From an uncultured Gammaproteobacteria bacterium (lineage in GTDB: Bacteria > Pseudomonadota > Gammaproteobacteria > JACCXJ01): a DNA stretch of 64,000 nucleotides. Below, piece by piece: positions 53,775 to 63,727 of the stretch (positions are counted from its first letter, which is position 1; every line of letters starts with the position of its first letter). The notes beneath the pieces were generated by a model. It was not told the origin of the DNA, ran no database searches, and worked only from the letters and a program-made list of their open reading frames with translations. The stretch spans positions 192,001-256,000 of the forward strand of contig CAVXTM010000012.1 of the NCBI GenBank assembly GCA_963764725.1, read 5' to 3'. The position numbers and the translations under genes were made by a program.

Positions 53775-54467
53775 TTACCCTAACAGTCGCTCAAACTCAT
53801 TTCTGACCACTTGATAGCACTCGCAGGCGCGTGCCTCGAGGCCTGCCCGATCACTTATCGTGATCTTACCGCGATTGTAGTGAATTAGGCCGGCCGCTTG
53901 GAGATGTCCAGCCGCCACCGTGACACCCTCGCGGCGCACCCCCAGCATGTTGGCGATGAGTTCTTGCGTCATCGTTAGTTCGTTCGAATCGAGCCGGTCG
54001 TGACTCAAGAGCAGCCAGCGGCACAGTTGCTGATCGACGGTGTGCAACCGGTTACAGACCGCCGTCTGCGACATCTGGGTAATGAGCGCTTGAGTGTAGC
54101 GCAGTAGCACCAACTGCAACGGCCCGCCGCGCCTGAATTCTTCCTGAAGCACTTTTGGCTTCATTCGGAGGCTGTATCCTGCACTTTGGACCACGGCCCG
54201 GTTGGGCGTGGTCTCGCCCCCCATGAACAAGGCAATACCCACGACACCGTCGTTGCCGACGACACCGATCTCGGCAGACGTCCCGTCCTCCATGGTGTAG
54301 AGCAAGGAAACGATGGAAGTCGTCGGAAAATAGATATGGTCGAGCCGCTCTCCAGATTCGTATATCACCTGACCGAGCAATAGGGAGACCTCTTCCAAAT
54401 GAGGATAGAGGCGTTCATGTACTTCCTCGGGGAGGGTTGCGAGCAGACGGTTCTGCGGTTTCGACAT
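53775..54467 (-). CDS. Crp/Fnr-family transcriptional regulator
   Basis: NRLLATLP, YFPTTSIVSLLY, QTAVCNRLH, TQELIANMLGVRREGVT, CECY. Confidence 0.95.
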   Translation of the reverse strand: MSKPQNRLLATLPEEVHERLYPHLEEVSLLLGQVIYESGERLDHIYFPTTSIVSLLYTMEDGTSAEIGVVGNDGVVGIALFMGGETTPNRAVVQSAGYSLRMKPKVLQEEFRRGGPLQLVLLRYTQALITQMSQTAVCNRLHTVDQQLCRWLLLSHDRLDSNELTMTQELIANMLGVRREGVTVAAGHLQAAGLIHYNRGKITISDRAGLEARACECYQVVRNEFERLLG

Positions 54468-54813
54468 GCCAAGTACCCAGTCGATTGAAGATCTCGCCAG
54501 ACGCGCTTCAGGAGCGGAGGATCTGGTTTACTCCTCGAGTGCAATCCTCAGGCCACCGCTCGCGTACGCCGGACCAAACTTCTGGCACCAGAGTCTGCGA
54601 TCATGGTACACGAATGCCTGCCAATTTGACAGAGCCGCCGCGATTCGTCCTGCGTCCGCAGCGTCGCACCACTGCGCGGTGCGACACAGCTCCCACAATG
54701 ACTTTACGGCGCGATGCGTCTCATGCTTCGTCCGTCGACGCGCGCCTATCGCGGGCTCCCCAACTTCGCCTTCAGCCTTCCATGTCTCGTCGCAGGAACG
54801 GATAGCGTCATGT

Positions 54814-55128
54814 TTACGGAAGCTCCCTGGCATACATCAAGCGCCCGTCGATGAACTTCACTGTAACCATCTGCCGCATGTATGCCGGCTTAAAGGGGAA
54901 TTCTTTCAACGGCGTATCCAGCACCATGCGCTGGCCCTTGGCGTCATACTTGGAGCACATTAGAGTGAGCTCGGGGGCTTCCACACGTATACCTGAGACC
55001 ACACACGCGATTTCCTCCGCGATTGGGATAACAACCGGCACCTTGAAAAGCTCCGCCACACCCACGATGGGATAGGCAAACAGTAACAGTAGCGTGATAC
55101 CGGGTCCTACAATGGGTCCTTTCTTCAT
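54814..55128 (-). CDS. Hypothetical exported protein
   Basis: GGGAGA RBS and signal-peptide-like N-terminus; no family recognised. Confidence 0.5.
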   Translation of the reverse strand: MKKGPIVGPGITLLLLFAYPIVGVAELFKVPVVIPIAEEIACVVSGIRVEAPELTLMCSKYDAKGQRMVLDTPLKEFPFKPAYMRQMVTVKFIDGRLMYARELP

Positions 55129-55274
55129 TTTATTTCTCCCTGGCGACGCAGGTAAACTCCACCACGCTGGAAATCTCCGTTGCCACGGGGGTTATCACTC
55201 CCGCTGCCGCAGTGATGGTCGTAGCGTTGGCCGCGCCAGGGTGGGGCAAGGCGTTCCCGCGTGTTACTGCCAGG

Positions 55275-55499
55275 CTATTTTTTATCTTTGCCGATCTGGT
55301 TGCCTATCAGGCCGCCGACCGCCGCGCCGCCGACGGTTCCGAGCGCGCTGCCGCCCGTAAGGACGGCACCCGCGACGCCACCAGCTCCGGCGCCCATCGC
55401 GGTGTCCTTGTCCCGCGTTGACATCCCGCTACAACCACCCAAGCCGAGCAGCACTGCCACGGCAACCGCACTGACTGCAAATCCATGCATCATTTTCAT
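55275..55499 (-). CDS. OsmB-like glycine-zipper 2TM lipoprotein
   Basis: Lipobox LGGC, TAMGAGAGGVAGAVLTGGSALGTVGGAAVGGLIG. Confidence 0.9.
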   Translation of the reverse strand: MKMMHGFAVSAVAVAVLLGLGGCSGMSTRDKDTAMGAGAGGVAGAVLTGGSALGTVGGAAVGGLIGNQIGKDKK

Positions 55500-55756
55500 T
55501 GGAATTCCTCTTTCTCAAACTTCAGTTATGAAACAGTTGATTGATGATCGGAACCGGTCGCAACTCCGGCAGCCTGATAGAGATGCCCGCAATCAAGAAC
55601 ACCAAGCAGGGGGATTCTGCTTAGAGAGTGCGGCTACGCAACAAGCGCCCGCGAGGACACTCCATCATTACGGCAATTGTCACCTTCTCCCAGGATCTTC
55701 TCAGTGCGCTGGCGCGCATAGGGCAAATTTGCCGACATTGCCTCGGTTGTCAGCGT

Positions 55757-56020
55757 TCAAGCCGCGCCGACCGGTTTGAGCGATTCGACGCGATAGCAGA
55801 TCACTTTGGCGATGGCGACCAGCGGCGCACCGAGCAGCAGACTCCACACTCCCCACTAACACCCAAAAAACAGTAAAGCAATGAACAACACTGCGGCGTT
55901 CACGCGTGCGAACCGGCTTTGCAGCCAGGTCCATGAACACAAACCCAATGGCGCATGCCGCCAGCAGCGACACGCCTGCGACCGCGAGCGCATTGAGCAG
56001 CGAGCCGAATTGCAGGAAGG
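55757..56020 (-). pseudogene. C-terminal remnant of an AI-2E (UPF0118) transporter
   Basis: Manual translation RVNAAVLFIALLFFGC*WGVWSLLLGAPLVAIAKVICYRVESLKPVG with an internal stop and frameshift. Confidence 0.7.
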
Positions 56021-56095
56021 CACGTCGCTCGCCCCGCCGTTTCCACCGAGCGGCTGTCACCGACGCCGCAAGGTCTTATCCACTGCCTGTCCTTA

Positions 56096-56138
56096 CGGTT
56101 GGTAGCCCGAGGTAGGCAACTACCCGGGCTACCAACCG
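56096..56138. repeat. REP-like (GTAG-type) palindrome
   Basis: CGGTTGGTAGCCCG-A-GGTAG-GCAA-CTACC-CGGGCTACCAACCG. Confidence 0.5.
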
Positions 56139-56236
56139 GTACCACACCTTCGAATGCCTTTTTTATTGCCCCTTGTCCAATTGCGTTAGGCCGATCGCTT
56201 ACTTCGGGCTGGATTGTGAAATTTCTTTGACCATTC

Positions 56237-56801
56237 AGCGATGGCGCCTTGGGTTTTTGGAAGCGCTGCCCCAGGTCTTCGGCACCACGGTAGGCCAACG
56301 TTGCTGGTGCATAAGACGGCCAACGTGCTGAACAAGCTGCCGAAGCACCAACAGCCCAAGGCGAAATCAGCGCTGCATGAGATCTGGATGGCGGCGACGC
56401 GGCAGGATGCCGAACATGCGTTCGATCACTTCCTGACGGTCTATCGTCCCAAGTACCCAAAGGTCTCGGAATGCCTGGAGAAGGACCGTGAGTCGCTGTT
56501 GGCGTTCTATGATTTCCCAGCGGAGCACTGGATTCATATCCGGACCACCAACCCGATCGAATCCACCTTCGCCACGGTGCGGCTGCGCACCGATAAAACT
56601 CAGGGCTGTGTGTCCCGTGACAGCATCCTGGCCATGGTATCCAAGCTGGTGAAAACTGCCGAACAGCGGTGGCTCAAGCTCCGTGGCACGGAGCGCCTGG
56701 CCGATGTGATTCAAGGAGTATCTTTCAAGGATGGAGTACGGGAAGACCAAGAGAAATTAGCCGCCTGAGCCCAAGCCCGTACACAACATTTGACTATTTC
56801 T
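56237..56801 (+). mobile_element. Partial IS256-family element (3' half of transposase plus right end)
   Basis: DGALGFW, RCWVHKTANVL, FYDFPAEHWIHIRTTNPIESTFATVR; terminal ACACAACATTTGACTATTTCTC. Confidence 0.88.
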
Positions 56802-56965
56802 CTTTGGGATCACGCCCATCGGCAACCACTTTTAAAGCCAGATCGCGATCGGTCACGATGCCGACTAATTTTTTAGTCTGTTCGTTTTCGAATGACAAGA
56901 ATCGGACCGATATTTTCGTTCTTCATCGATTGCGCCGCCCCTGCCACCGCCTCGTTTGGCAGGCA
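56802..56965 (-). pseudogene. CBS-domain protein remnant cut by IS256
   Basis: AAQSMKNENIGPILVI/ENEQTKKLVGIVTDRDLALKVVADGRDPK. Confidence 0.75.
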
Positions 56966-56989
56966 CGCTGATTCAATCTCCTTTCGCGA

Positions 56990-57148
56990 CTAGATTTTGC
57001 CCATTAACACCAGGATCAGTAAGATGAGGAGCACCAGCCCGAGTCCGCCGCTGGGTCCATAACCCCATGCCCGGCTATGTGGCCAGGTTGGCAATACTCC
57101 CACAAGCATCAGAATCAGGATAACGAGTAAAATTGTACCAAGTGACAT
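56990..57148 (-). CDS. DUF3309 small membrane protein, copy 1
   Basis: MSLGTILLVILILMLVGVLPTWPHSRAWGYGPSGGLGLV (52 aa, below the ORF cutoff). Confidence 0.88.
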   Translation of the reverse strand: MSLGTILLVILILMLVGVLPTWPHSRAWGYGPSGGLGLVLLILLILVLMGKI

Positions 57149-57222
57149 GTTCGTGCTCCCGTTAAATAAGGTTAAAAAAAGGGGCTAAAGTACATTACAA
57201 CGTACATTGGCTTTTAGCCAGT

Positions 57223-57540
57223 TCATTTCACGACTAGGCTGTCCTTAACAGATTTGACTCCCTTGGCAGATCTGGCTAATTCCACGGCCCTGGTGGCAGC
57301 CTGCCTGGAATCGACGAAGCCGCTCAACTGCACGACTCCTTTGTGGGTTTCAACACTGATCTGACCGACCTTGAGCATTGGATCATTGTATATCGCCCCT
57401 TTCACCGAGGCAGTGATGCCACTGTCGTCAATGTACTCACCCGTGCTTTCTTGGGTTGCACTGCCCGCACAACCTGCCATCAAGGCAACCAATAACAGTC
57501 CCATGACAAAGCGTGTTATCGAAGGGCTTCTATTGATCAT
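57223..57540 (-). CDS. BON-domain lipoprotein, copy 1
   Basis: Lipobox MAGC, STGEYIDDSGITASVK, GVVQLSGFV. Confidence 0.92.
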   Translation of the reverse strand: MINRSPSITRFVMGLLLVALMAGCAGSATQESTGEYIDDSGITASVKGAIYNDPMLKVGQISVETHKGVVQLSGFVDSRQAATRAVELARSAKGVKSVKDSLVVK

Positions 57541-57651
57541 TGCTTAGCTCCTAAGATAAGGTTGTATTGCATCAACTTGACTCGCCTTCCTCGGCTTCGT
57601 AGCCGTTCCCAAGGTGGCCGTAGACGTTACTCTCGACCTCTTCACGTTAGG

Positions 57652-57798
57652 CTATCGATGCATTAGCCCCAGAATACCGACGGCAATCAAATACACGGCC
57701 ACGAGATAATTTAATAGCCTTGGCACAAGCAAGATTAATATGCCTATCACCAACGCAAGGACGGGCTCGATAGGTACATTGATGATAGGTACATTCAT
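57652..57798 (-). CDS. DUF3096 small membrane protein
   Basis: PVLALVIGILILLVPRLLNYLVAVYLIAVGILGL. Confidence 0.85.
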   Translation of the reverse strand: MNVPIINVPIEPVLALVIGILILLVPRLLNYLVAVYLIAVGILGLMHR

Positions 57799-58032
57799 GG
57801 GGAAGGCCTCCTTAATGGTCACGTGCATGCGCGTGCGTTACCGTAGTGTTGAAATGAAGGTGCCGCTAGTTCTGGCGAGCGGCACGGCTTCAGAATCGCC
57901 ATTAAATATAGCCTCTCGCCATTGAACCAACAAGCCCTCGCGGGCGGATATTAAACGTGCCACGAATTGTTCCGATTTTTTTCACGGTTTTCTCCATAGC
58001 GCCGTCCCCAAAGGACCTGTTAGTCCAAGTTA

Positions 58033-58482
58033 TTATTCGGAAGGCTGAATAGGTGATTTCTTCGCTCGTTCGGCTGCTTTCAGATGGAGGAGGCCCAATT
58101 GTTCCAACGGAAGCTCGTGCATAGAAGGCTCAGTGGCCACCTCTTCACATCGCTTGAGCCACGCCAAAAGTTCTTCAAGGGACAATAAGCCATTTTTATA
58201 TTGCGTTGCAGCGAAGTCTAGGGTACGCCACGCACGAATCAAACCCAGATAGCGCCGTTCGGGAGATACGAAACCGATCACCGCAAAACAGCAGGCGGAT
58301 ACCACAGCGAACAGAGTCACCAACCAAGAAACAGGTAAGGCCGCAGCGAGCGCACTCGATAAGACGCCCACTACGCCAAGAGCATAATGCAGCCAAAGAA
58401 ATACCCGCCACAGAGGCCTCCACGTATCGAGTCGTCGCCGCACCTCCGGCGGGATCGGCAATTCTGGGTGTTGATCTTCCAT
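58033..58482 (-). CDS. Two-TM protein, possibly SLATT/DUF4231-like
   Basis: W...HYALGVVGVLSSALAA, a second helix, then P.RRY....RAWRTL; AGGAG RBS. Confidence 0.55.
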   Translation of the reverse strand: MEDQHPELPIPPEVRRRLDTWRPLWRVFLWLHYALGVVGVLSSALAAALPVSWLVTLFAVVSACCFAVIGFVSPERRYLGLIRAWRTLDFAATQYKNGLLSLEELLAWLKRCEEVATEPSMHELPLEQLGLLHLKAAERAKKSPIQPSE

Positions 58483-58555
58483 ACAGCTTCTCCTTTCGAG
58501 CCCGTCCGTAAGTCACTACGCATACCGAAGAGGAGCGCCACGCCTGCCCCGTCGG

Positions 58556-58636
58556 TCAGTCGCAGCCGCGCAGGAGGAAGATGACGAGCAGGATCGGGAT
58601 GGGCACACCCAGGAGCCACAACAGGATGTAACCCAT
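58556..58636 (-). CDS. Small membrane peptide (LLWLLGVPIP type)
   Basis: MGYILLWLLGVPIPILLVIFLLRGCD after GGAAGGGAAG; start uncertain. Confidence 0.6.
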   Translation of the reverse strand: MGYILLWLLGVPIPILLVIFLLRGCD

Positions 58637-59038
58637 CTTCCCTTCCTGTAACTTCATCGGCGTGGCATGCTTCATCGAGCGGAGCCCTTGCCCGAGGCGT
58701 CTCAAGTATCCAATGCCTGTCATCATGATCTCCTCCTCTACTATGAGGCCTTTTTCATCTCTGTGCCGCAACAACAGCGAGGAGGCCCCTCACCACCTCC
58801 GCCGGACTTCGAGCCCTGCGTGACCTTCGTTTCGCACCCGCATTTCGGGTTCGTTGTCATCGCCATCATCCACGTCCTGATTGAACGCCGCTTCGCGACT
58901 CGCGCCTACTCGAGAACTTTAGGACCTTGCTTAAGGGCGATATCGTTTCGGACCTCCTCGACGCCAGTAACTTCCTTGCTGCCTGTGCAGCAGGCTAGCC
59001 TGTCTGGATTCGGTTGCACAGCTCAGCAGTGCTCGTTT

Positions 59039-59215
59039 TTAGCTGCCTTTCTTAATATCCTCCTTGATATCACCAAAGCCCGCTTGGACCTTGCCGAGGT
59101 TCTTTTGGACATTTCCTTCTACCTCCATACCCTTGTCGTCCAGTATCTTGCCGGCGACTTCCTTGACTGTACCTTTCGCTTCTTCGATTCGGCCTTTCGT
59201 TTGATCTTTGTTCAT
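59039..59215 (-). CDS. CsbD-family stress protein
   Basis: MNKDQTKGRIEEAKGTVKEVAGKILDDKGMEVEGNVQKNLGKVQAGFGDIKEDIKK; AGGAG RBS. Confidence 0.9.
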   Translation of the reverse strand: MNKDQTKGRIEEAKGTVKEVAGKILDDKGMEVEGNVQKNLGKVQAGFGDIKEDIKKGS

Positions 59216-59451
59216 GAGGGTCTCCTGATAACTAATTTAGCCATGACCAAAGCGTGGAATAATGTTTCCCATCGCTCAAGCAAAACAATACACGCAAAAC
59301 TGAACGCGGTCCGTGTGGTAACGCACAGATACGGATTAAGCCTACACGACTGCCTACTCGCTTTTGATCCAAAAAATCCTTAAGCCGGCGGGACGACAAA
59401 ATCGGGGACGGCCTCATGAACCGCAGAATACGCCTCCAACGTTTGGCGCCA

Positions 59452-59715
59452 CTAGAATCCTTGAGCCAAGGGCATGTTTACAAACAGGTCAAATTTCGGC
59501 AGGAGTCAACTTTACCCGCTGAATGTGTTGTTTGATGGCCTCCTCTAGGCGGTTGAGCGCCGGCGCAATGAGCTCCCGCAGCGTGGCATTGCGGAAGCCC
59601 TGGGGGAGCCAGCAGAAGAGACGCAGCGCTTGGAATAACGCCATGGCCCGTGGATCGCCGAATTTCAAGGCCGCCGCGTGTTGGCCTTCGACCCTCTGCC
59701 CGTTCAGACTCATTG
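59452..59715 (-). mobile_element. Internally deleted remnant of an unclassified transposase-like element
   Basis: ALKFGDPRAMALFQAL..F...PQGFRNATLR resembles the LRFGDPRV.AL...GF.N..LR segment of a widespread IS-like ORF. Confidence 0.5.
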
Positions 59716-59864
59716 ACTGAAATCTATGCCAGTTTGTCGGCGCGTGTGTGCGATAGCGCACCGATCTGGATTCGCAAAACGACTAAATTCGTCCAATGCT
59801 GGCTTGACGTGTCTGCCCGCCAGACAACCACCGAGGTATTGGCCAGGCGGATACGAATAGGGGT

Positions 59865-60899
59865 ATGCAGATGGCGGGCTATAAGAGGGTCCGGGGTCGT
59901 GATGTCCAGGTCCTTGGACTGTATCCGCCGGTGCAGGCCGCGCAGCGTGAGCAGATGGACCGGCTGAAGCGCGCGGTCGAGCAAAACGCTGATGCAGTCT
60001 ATATCACCGACCCGACAGGCCGCATCGAGTACGTGAATCCGGCCTTCGAGGCGCTCACAGGCTTCAGCCGCGCGGAGGCCGTAGGCCGGCACGCCGCCTT
60101 CCTCAATGCCGATGACCCCGGCTTACAGGCGTGGCGTGGTGTGCAGCTCCAGGCCGCTAAGACGTTTTCCGCCGTGGTCGTCCAGCGCCGAAAACAGGGC
60201 GAGACCTTCCACGCGGAAATCAACATCCGGCCGTTCGTCGACATGCTCGGGAGCATCACCCATTTCGTCGCCACCGGCCACGATGTCAGCACGCGCATAA
60301 TGGCCATGCGACGCCTCGAACATCTGGCCCATCACGATTACCTGACTGACCTGCCCAACCGCACCCTGTTCGAGGATCGCGTGCAGCGGGCGCTCGTCCA
60401 TGCCGTCCGCCACGCCGAAGGATTCGCGCTGATGTATCTCGATGTCGACCAATTTAAGCCGGTCAATGATCGGCAGGGCCACGCCGCGGGCGATCGGCTG
60501 CTCCAAGAGGTCGCGACCTGCCTGCGCAACAGTGTACGGGAGGAGGACACCGTCGCACGGCTGGGTGGTGACGAGTTTGTGGTGATTGCCACCCAGGTTG
60601 GGTGCCGGGGCTCTGCCCGCAAGGTGCTGGATAAAATCCTCGCTGCCTTCCGCGGCGGGACGGTTCTTCCCGGTGGCCGGCTGCCCTTGTCGGTCAGCAT
60701 CGGCGTTGCGATATACCCTAGAGACGGCGACGACGATTCCGCCCTGTTGCGGCACGCGGATCAAGCAATGTACCGTGCGAAGGCGGCGGGCGGCAACGGC
60801 TATTGCTTCTTCGAGGCGGGCCGAACCCCAATCCAGGTCCCACGAGTCGCCAGTATCGGGTGTTTGTCGCGCATTCCTAAGGAACCTCTGAATAGGTAG
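59865..60899 (+). CDS. PAS-GGDEF diguanylate cyclase
   Basis: ITDPTGRIEYVNPAF PAS; HDYLTDLPNR, RLGGDEF. Confidence 0.9.
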   Translation: MQMAGYKRVRGRDVQVLGLYPPVQAAQREQMDRLKRAVEQNADAVYITDPTGRIEYVNPAFEALTGFSRAEAVGRHAAFLNADDPGLQAWRGVQLQAAKTFSAVVVQRRKQGETFHAEINIRPFVDMLGSITHFVATGHDVSTRIMAMRRLEHLAHHDYLTDLPNRTLFEDRVQRALVHAVRHAEGFALMYLDVDQFKPVNDRQGHAAGDRLLQEVATCLRNSVREEDTVARLGGDEFVVIATQVGCRGSARKVLDKILAAFRGGTVLPGGRLPLSVSIGVAIYPRDGDDDSALLRHADQAMYRAKAAGGNGYCFFEAGRTPIQVPRVASIGCLSRIPKEPLNR

Positions 60900-61031
60900 C
60901 GAAATTCACTGGCGATATCTGCATACGTAATGATGGCAGCTGAAAAAGTGGTGGCGATGCCTGTTTTTCGTTGTCCTCGGGGCCTTCCTCCTCTACCTCT
61001 TCTGGCGTCCTACGGACACACTACGCCCCTA

Positions 61032-61508
61032 TTAATCGCTGGGCTTGTGGTCGGGAGCCTTCTGCTTGGTGGGTTTACTCTCAATCTTGACCTCGGTGGT
61101 ACCTTCCTCTTCCATGCCTAGCCTTTTAGCCGCTGCGCGGGAGACATCGATGACACGATCCTCCGCATACGGCCCACGATCATTGATCCTTACTTCTACT
61201 TTCTTGCCATTCTCAAGGTTTGTTACTTCGGCTTTGGTCCCCAACGGCAAATTCGGATGGGCGGCCGTCATCTTATTTTGATTGAAGGTCTCGCCATTGG
61301 CGGTCTCTTTGCCGTGAAATCCCGGCCCGTACCAAGACGCCTCGCCGATCTCTTTGCGGTTCGGTTTGGCGGCGGGAGTCCCCTTTTCTTGCGATGTTTG
61401 TTTGCCTTGCTCACCTAAGCGGTCCGAGGCACAGCCTCCAAATGCTAGCGTGCCAATCAAGGCTCCTCGCCAAAAACGAGAACGACACTTGCGATAGTCT
61501 ATAGACAT
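61032..61508 (-). CDS. RlpA-like lytic transglycosylase lipoprotein
   Basis: Lipobox FGGC; GEASWYGPGFHG..TANGE, TAAHP.LP, INDRGPY. Confidence 0.9.
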   Translation of the reverse strand: MSIDYRKCRSRFWRGALIGTLAFGGCASDRLGEQGKQTSQEKGTPAAKPNRKEIGEASWYGPGFHGKETANGETFNQNKMTAAHPNLPLGTKAEVTNLENGKKVEVRINDRGPYAEDRVIDVSRAAAKRLGMEEEGTTEVKIESKPTKQKAPDHKPSD

Positions 61509-61739
61509 CCTAAATGCTCCGAAGAATTGATGCAGAAATTCCCCGCAGGTCACAAATACACGCTGCCCTAGCTACGCCTGCTAAGGGAAGCGGTGGCCTT
61601 CTGACGGCCCATGAATACAAGTCCCTCAAAGAGGCTGTCCTGTCCATCGCCTTTTCCCTCAGGCGGTCTAATCAATACGGGAGGCGAAACTGATAAAGCC
61701 GCCCTCCTTCCCAAGTGCCTACGCCATCATGCGTTAGCA

Positions 61740-62174
61740 CTAACCGGCACCCTTAACCATGAGGTTGTTTTGTACTGATTTCACACCTTTGACGAGACCG
61801 GCGATTTCCCCAGCCCGGTCGATACTTGGCTTGGCATCAACGGTGCCCTCCAGTATCACGACGCCGTTTACCGTCCTTACGCTTATCTCCGATACCTTGG
61901 CGTCTTAGCTTATCTCCGATACCAACATCGGATCACTCATGATGTCGCCTTTTATCTTTGCGGTAATAGCCACGTCATCTAAGTAGTCGCCGGCTTTCTC
62001 GATCTTATCGCCGACCGCGGTTCCTACTTCTTTGGCTTTGTCGCCCGCCTGTTCAGTTGCTTGATCGATTTGTCGCCCGGCTTGTTCCGCAGGCCCTTGT
62101 TGTTCGCACCCAGCGAAGGTCAGAACGACTCCTAAGGAGATACTAGCCACAACGATTCTCAGTAATACGTTCAT
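61740..62174 (-). pseudogene. BON-domain lipoprotein interrupted by an in-frame TAA within a local duplication
   Basis: FAGCEQQGPAE...DDVAITAKIK...VSEIS*DAKVSEISVRTVNGVVILEG...KGVKSVQNNL. Confidence 0.8.
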
Positions 62175-62193
62175 TTTGAATATCCTCTTACGA

Positions 62194-62352
62194 CTAAAGT
62201 TTGCCCAATAGCACCAGGACCAGTAAGACAACCACCACGGTCCCTAGCGCGCCGCTAGGTCCGTAACCCCATGCCTGACTGTGCGGCCAGGTTGGCAGGA
62301 CACCCACAAGCATCAGGATCAGGATGACAAGTAAGATTGTGTAAAGTGACAT
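62194..62352 (-). CDS. DUF3309 small membrane protein, copy 2
   Basis: MSLYTILLVILILMLVGVLPTWPHSQAWGYGPSGALG. Confidence 0.88.
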   Translation of the reverse strand: MSLYTILLVILILMLVGVLPTWPHSQAWGYGPSGALGTVVVVLLVLVLLGKL

Positions 62353-62434
62353 GTTCGCGCTCCTGTTAAATAAGACTTCGAAAACGGAAGAACACCCTTA
62401 AATGCAGCCCAAGCTACCTGAGCGGTTCGCGACG

Positions 62435-62750
62435 TCATTTCACGATCAGGCTGTTCTCTACCGCCTTGACCCCTTTGACTGAACTCGCTATCTGCGTGGC
62501 CTTGGCAACCGCCTGCTGGGAATCGACAAAACCGCTCAGCTGCACGACTCTTTTGTAACTTTCAACACTGATCTGACCGACCTTGAGCGTGGGATCGTTA
62601 TATATCGCCGTTTTCACCTTTGCCGTGATGGCACTATCATCAATGTACTCGCCCCGTGCTTGATTGAGTTGGGCTCGACGCGCAGCCTGCCATCAAGGCA
62701 GCTACTAACATTCCGGTGCCAATGCGTTTTGTCAACGTGGTTTTGTTCAT
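62435..62750 (-). pseudogene. BON-domain lipoprotein, copy 2, +1 frameshift near 62653
   Basis: Paralogue of 57223-57540; length is 3n+1. Confidence 0.85.
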
Positions 62751-63021
62751 CCTTGCTTTGCTCCTAGCTAAACATTTCAATATTGTTGTGCAGCGGTCTT
62801 ATGTCGCTGCTGACATTAGTCTCGACCACCTTCATGTTAGGCTATCGACCCATAAGTCCCAGGCCGCGCAAGTATCGCTTGAATCGCGATAGTCGTCATG
62901 AGAGAACTCCTTGCCGCGGTCACGCCCGCGCGTAGTGATTGACTGTTTAAGGCGCCGCCCGTTGGGCGAGCGGCACGGATTTACTCGGTGCTACGTCAGT
63001 TTAATTAACGCAAACCGATGA

Positions 63022-63242
63022 CTAACAGTGGGTCTTATCGAACTTGTGGGTGGTCTCGAAATCCTTGACCTGCTGTTCAGCGGCCTCTTGCGCGATCCCA
63101 TATTTCGTCTGGATCTGACCCACGAAGCACGTCGCGTTTACCGGCAATTTGGTCAAGTTCATCATCCGTGAGCTTACGCCCACGTTTGTTTGACCTTGCC
63201 GGTGAATTCCTTCCAGTTACCTTGTACTTGATTCCAGTTCAT
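63022..63242 (-). pseudogene. CsbD/YjbJ-family protein with two frameshifts
   Basis: MNWNQVQGNWKEFTGKVKQTW / KLTDDELDQIAGKRD / GQIQTKYGIAQEAAEQQV. Confidence 0.85.
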
Positions 63243-63306
63243 AACATTCTCCTCTTACAGTGTTTGGTGAGATTAGATTCCTCGAATCGCAGGGCCGTCC
63301 TACGCG

Positions 63307-63477
63307 TTACCACAACGGACGCCGACCCCAGCCCATCACGAGGCTGACAATAAGCATTGCGAGGAAGACCCAAAAAAGGATCTGCGCCATCCCGGCCAGG
63401 CTCGCAGCGATACCACCAAAGCCAAGCAGCGCGGCTATCAGTGCGAAAACCATAAAAATAACAGCATAATTCAACAT
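63307..63477 (-). CDS. DUF1328 (YtjA) small membrane protein
   Basis: [24 protein letters not shown]....AQILF; GAGGAG RBS. Confidence 0.9.
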   Translation of the reverse strand: MLNYAVIFMVFALIAALLGFGGIAASLAGMAQILFWVFLAMLIVSLVMGWGRRPLW

Positions 63478-63521
63478 AACGACACTCCTCATTACCCGAA
63501 TACGGGTGGTTTCCATGGAGA

Positions 63522-63647
63522 CTAGGTATCTCTGCCATAGTCAGAGCGTTGAAGATCCGAGCGACTTGCCACCGCCCGAACTCTGCGCGTACTTACATGC
63601 ATGGCGATCACGGCGGTCAACACGACAATGAGCATCTGTATAATCAT
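63522..63647 (-). CDS. Small hypothetical membrane peptide
   Basis: AGGAG RBS and [17 protein letters not shown]. Confidence 0.4.
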   Translation of the reverse strand: MIIQMLIVVLTAVIAMHVSTRRVRAVASRSDLQRSDYGRDT

Positions 63648-63727
63648 GACAGCTACTCCTGATTGCGTATGCAGGGTGTAGATTACGTTAGCCGACGAGG
63701 ACTGTCGGTACGCTACCCCACATAGCA

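Noticed and set aside
56096-56138. Group II intron domain V/VI
   Set aside because: No AGC/CGC catalytic triad in a domain V hairpin and no reverse transcriptase remnant nearby.
58667-59383. 238-aa plus-strand ORF
   Set aside because: Antisense shadow of csbD and flanking DNA; no recognisable motifs.
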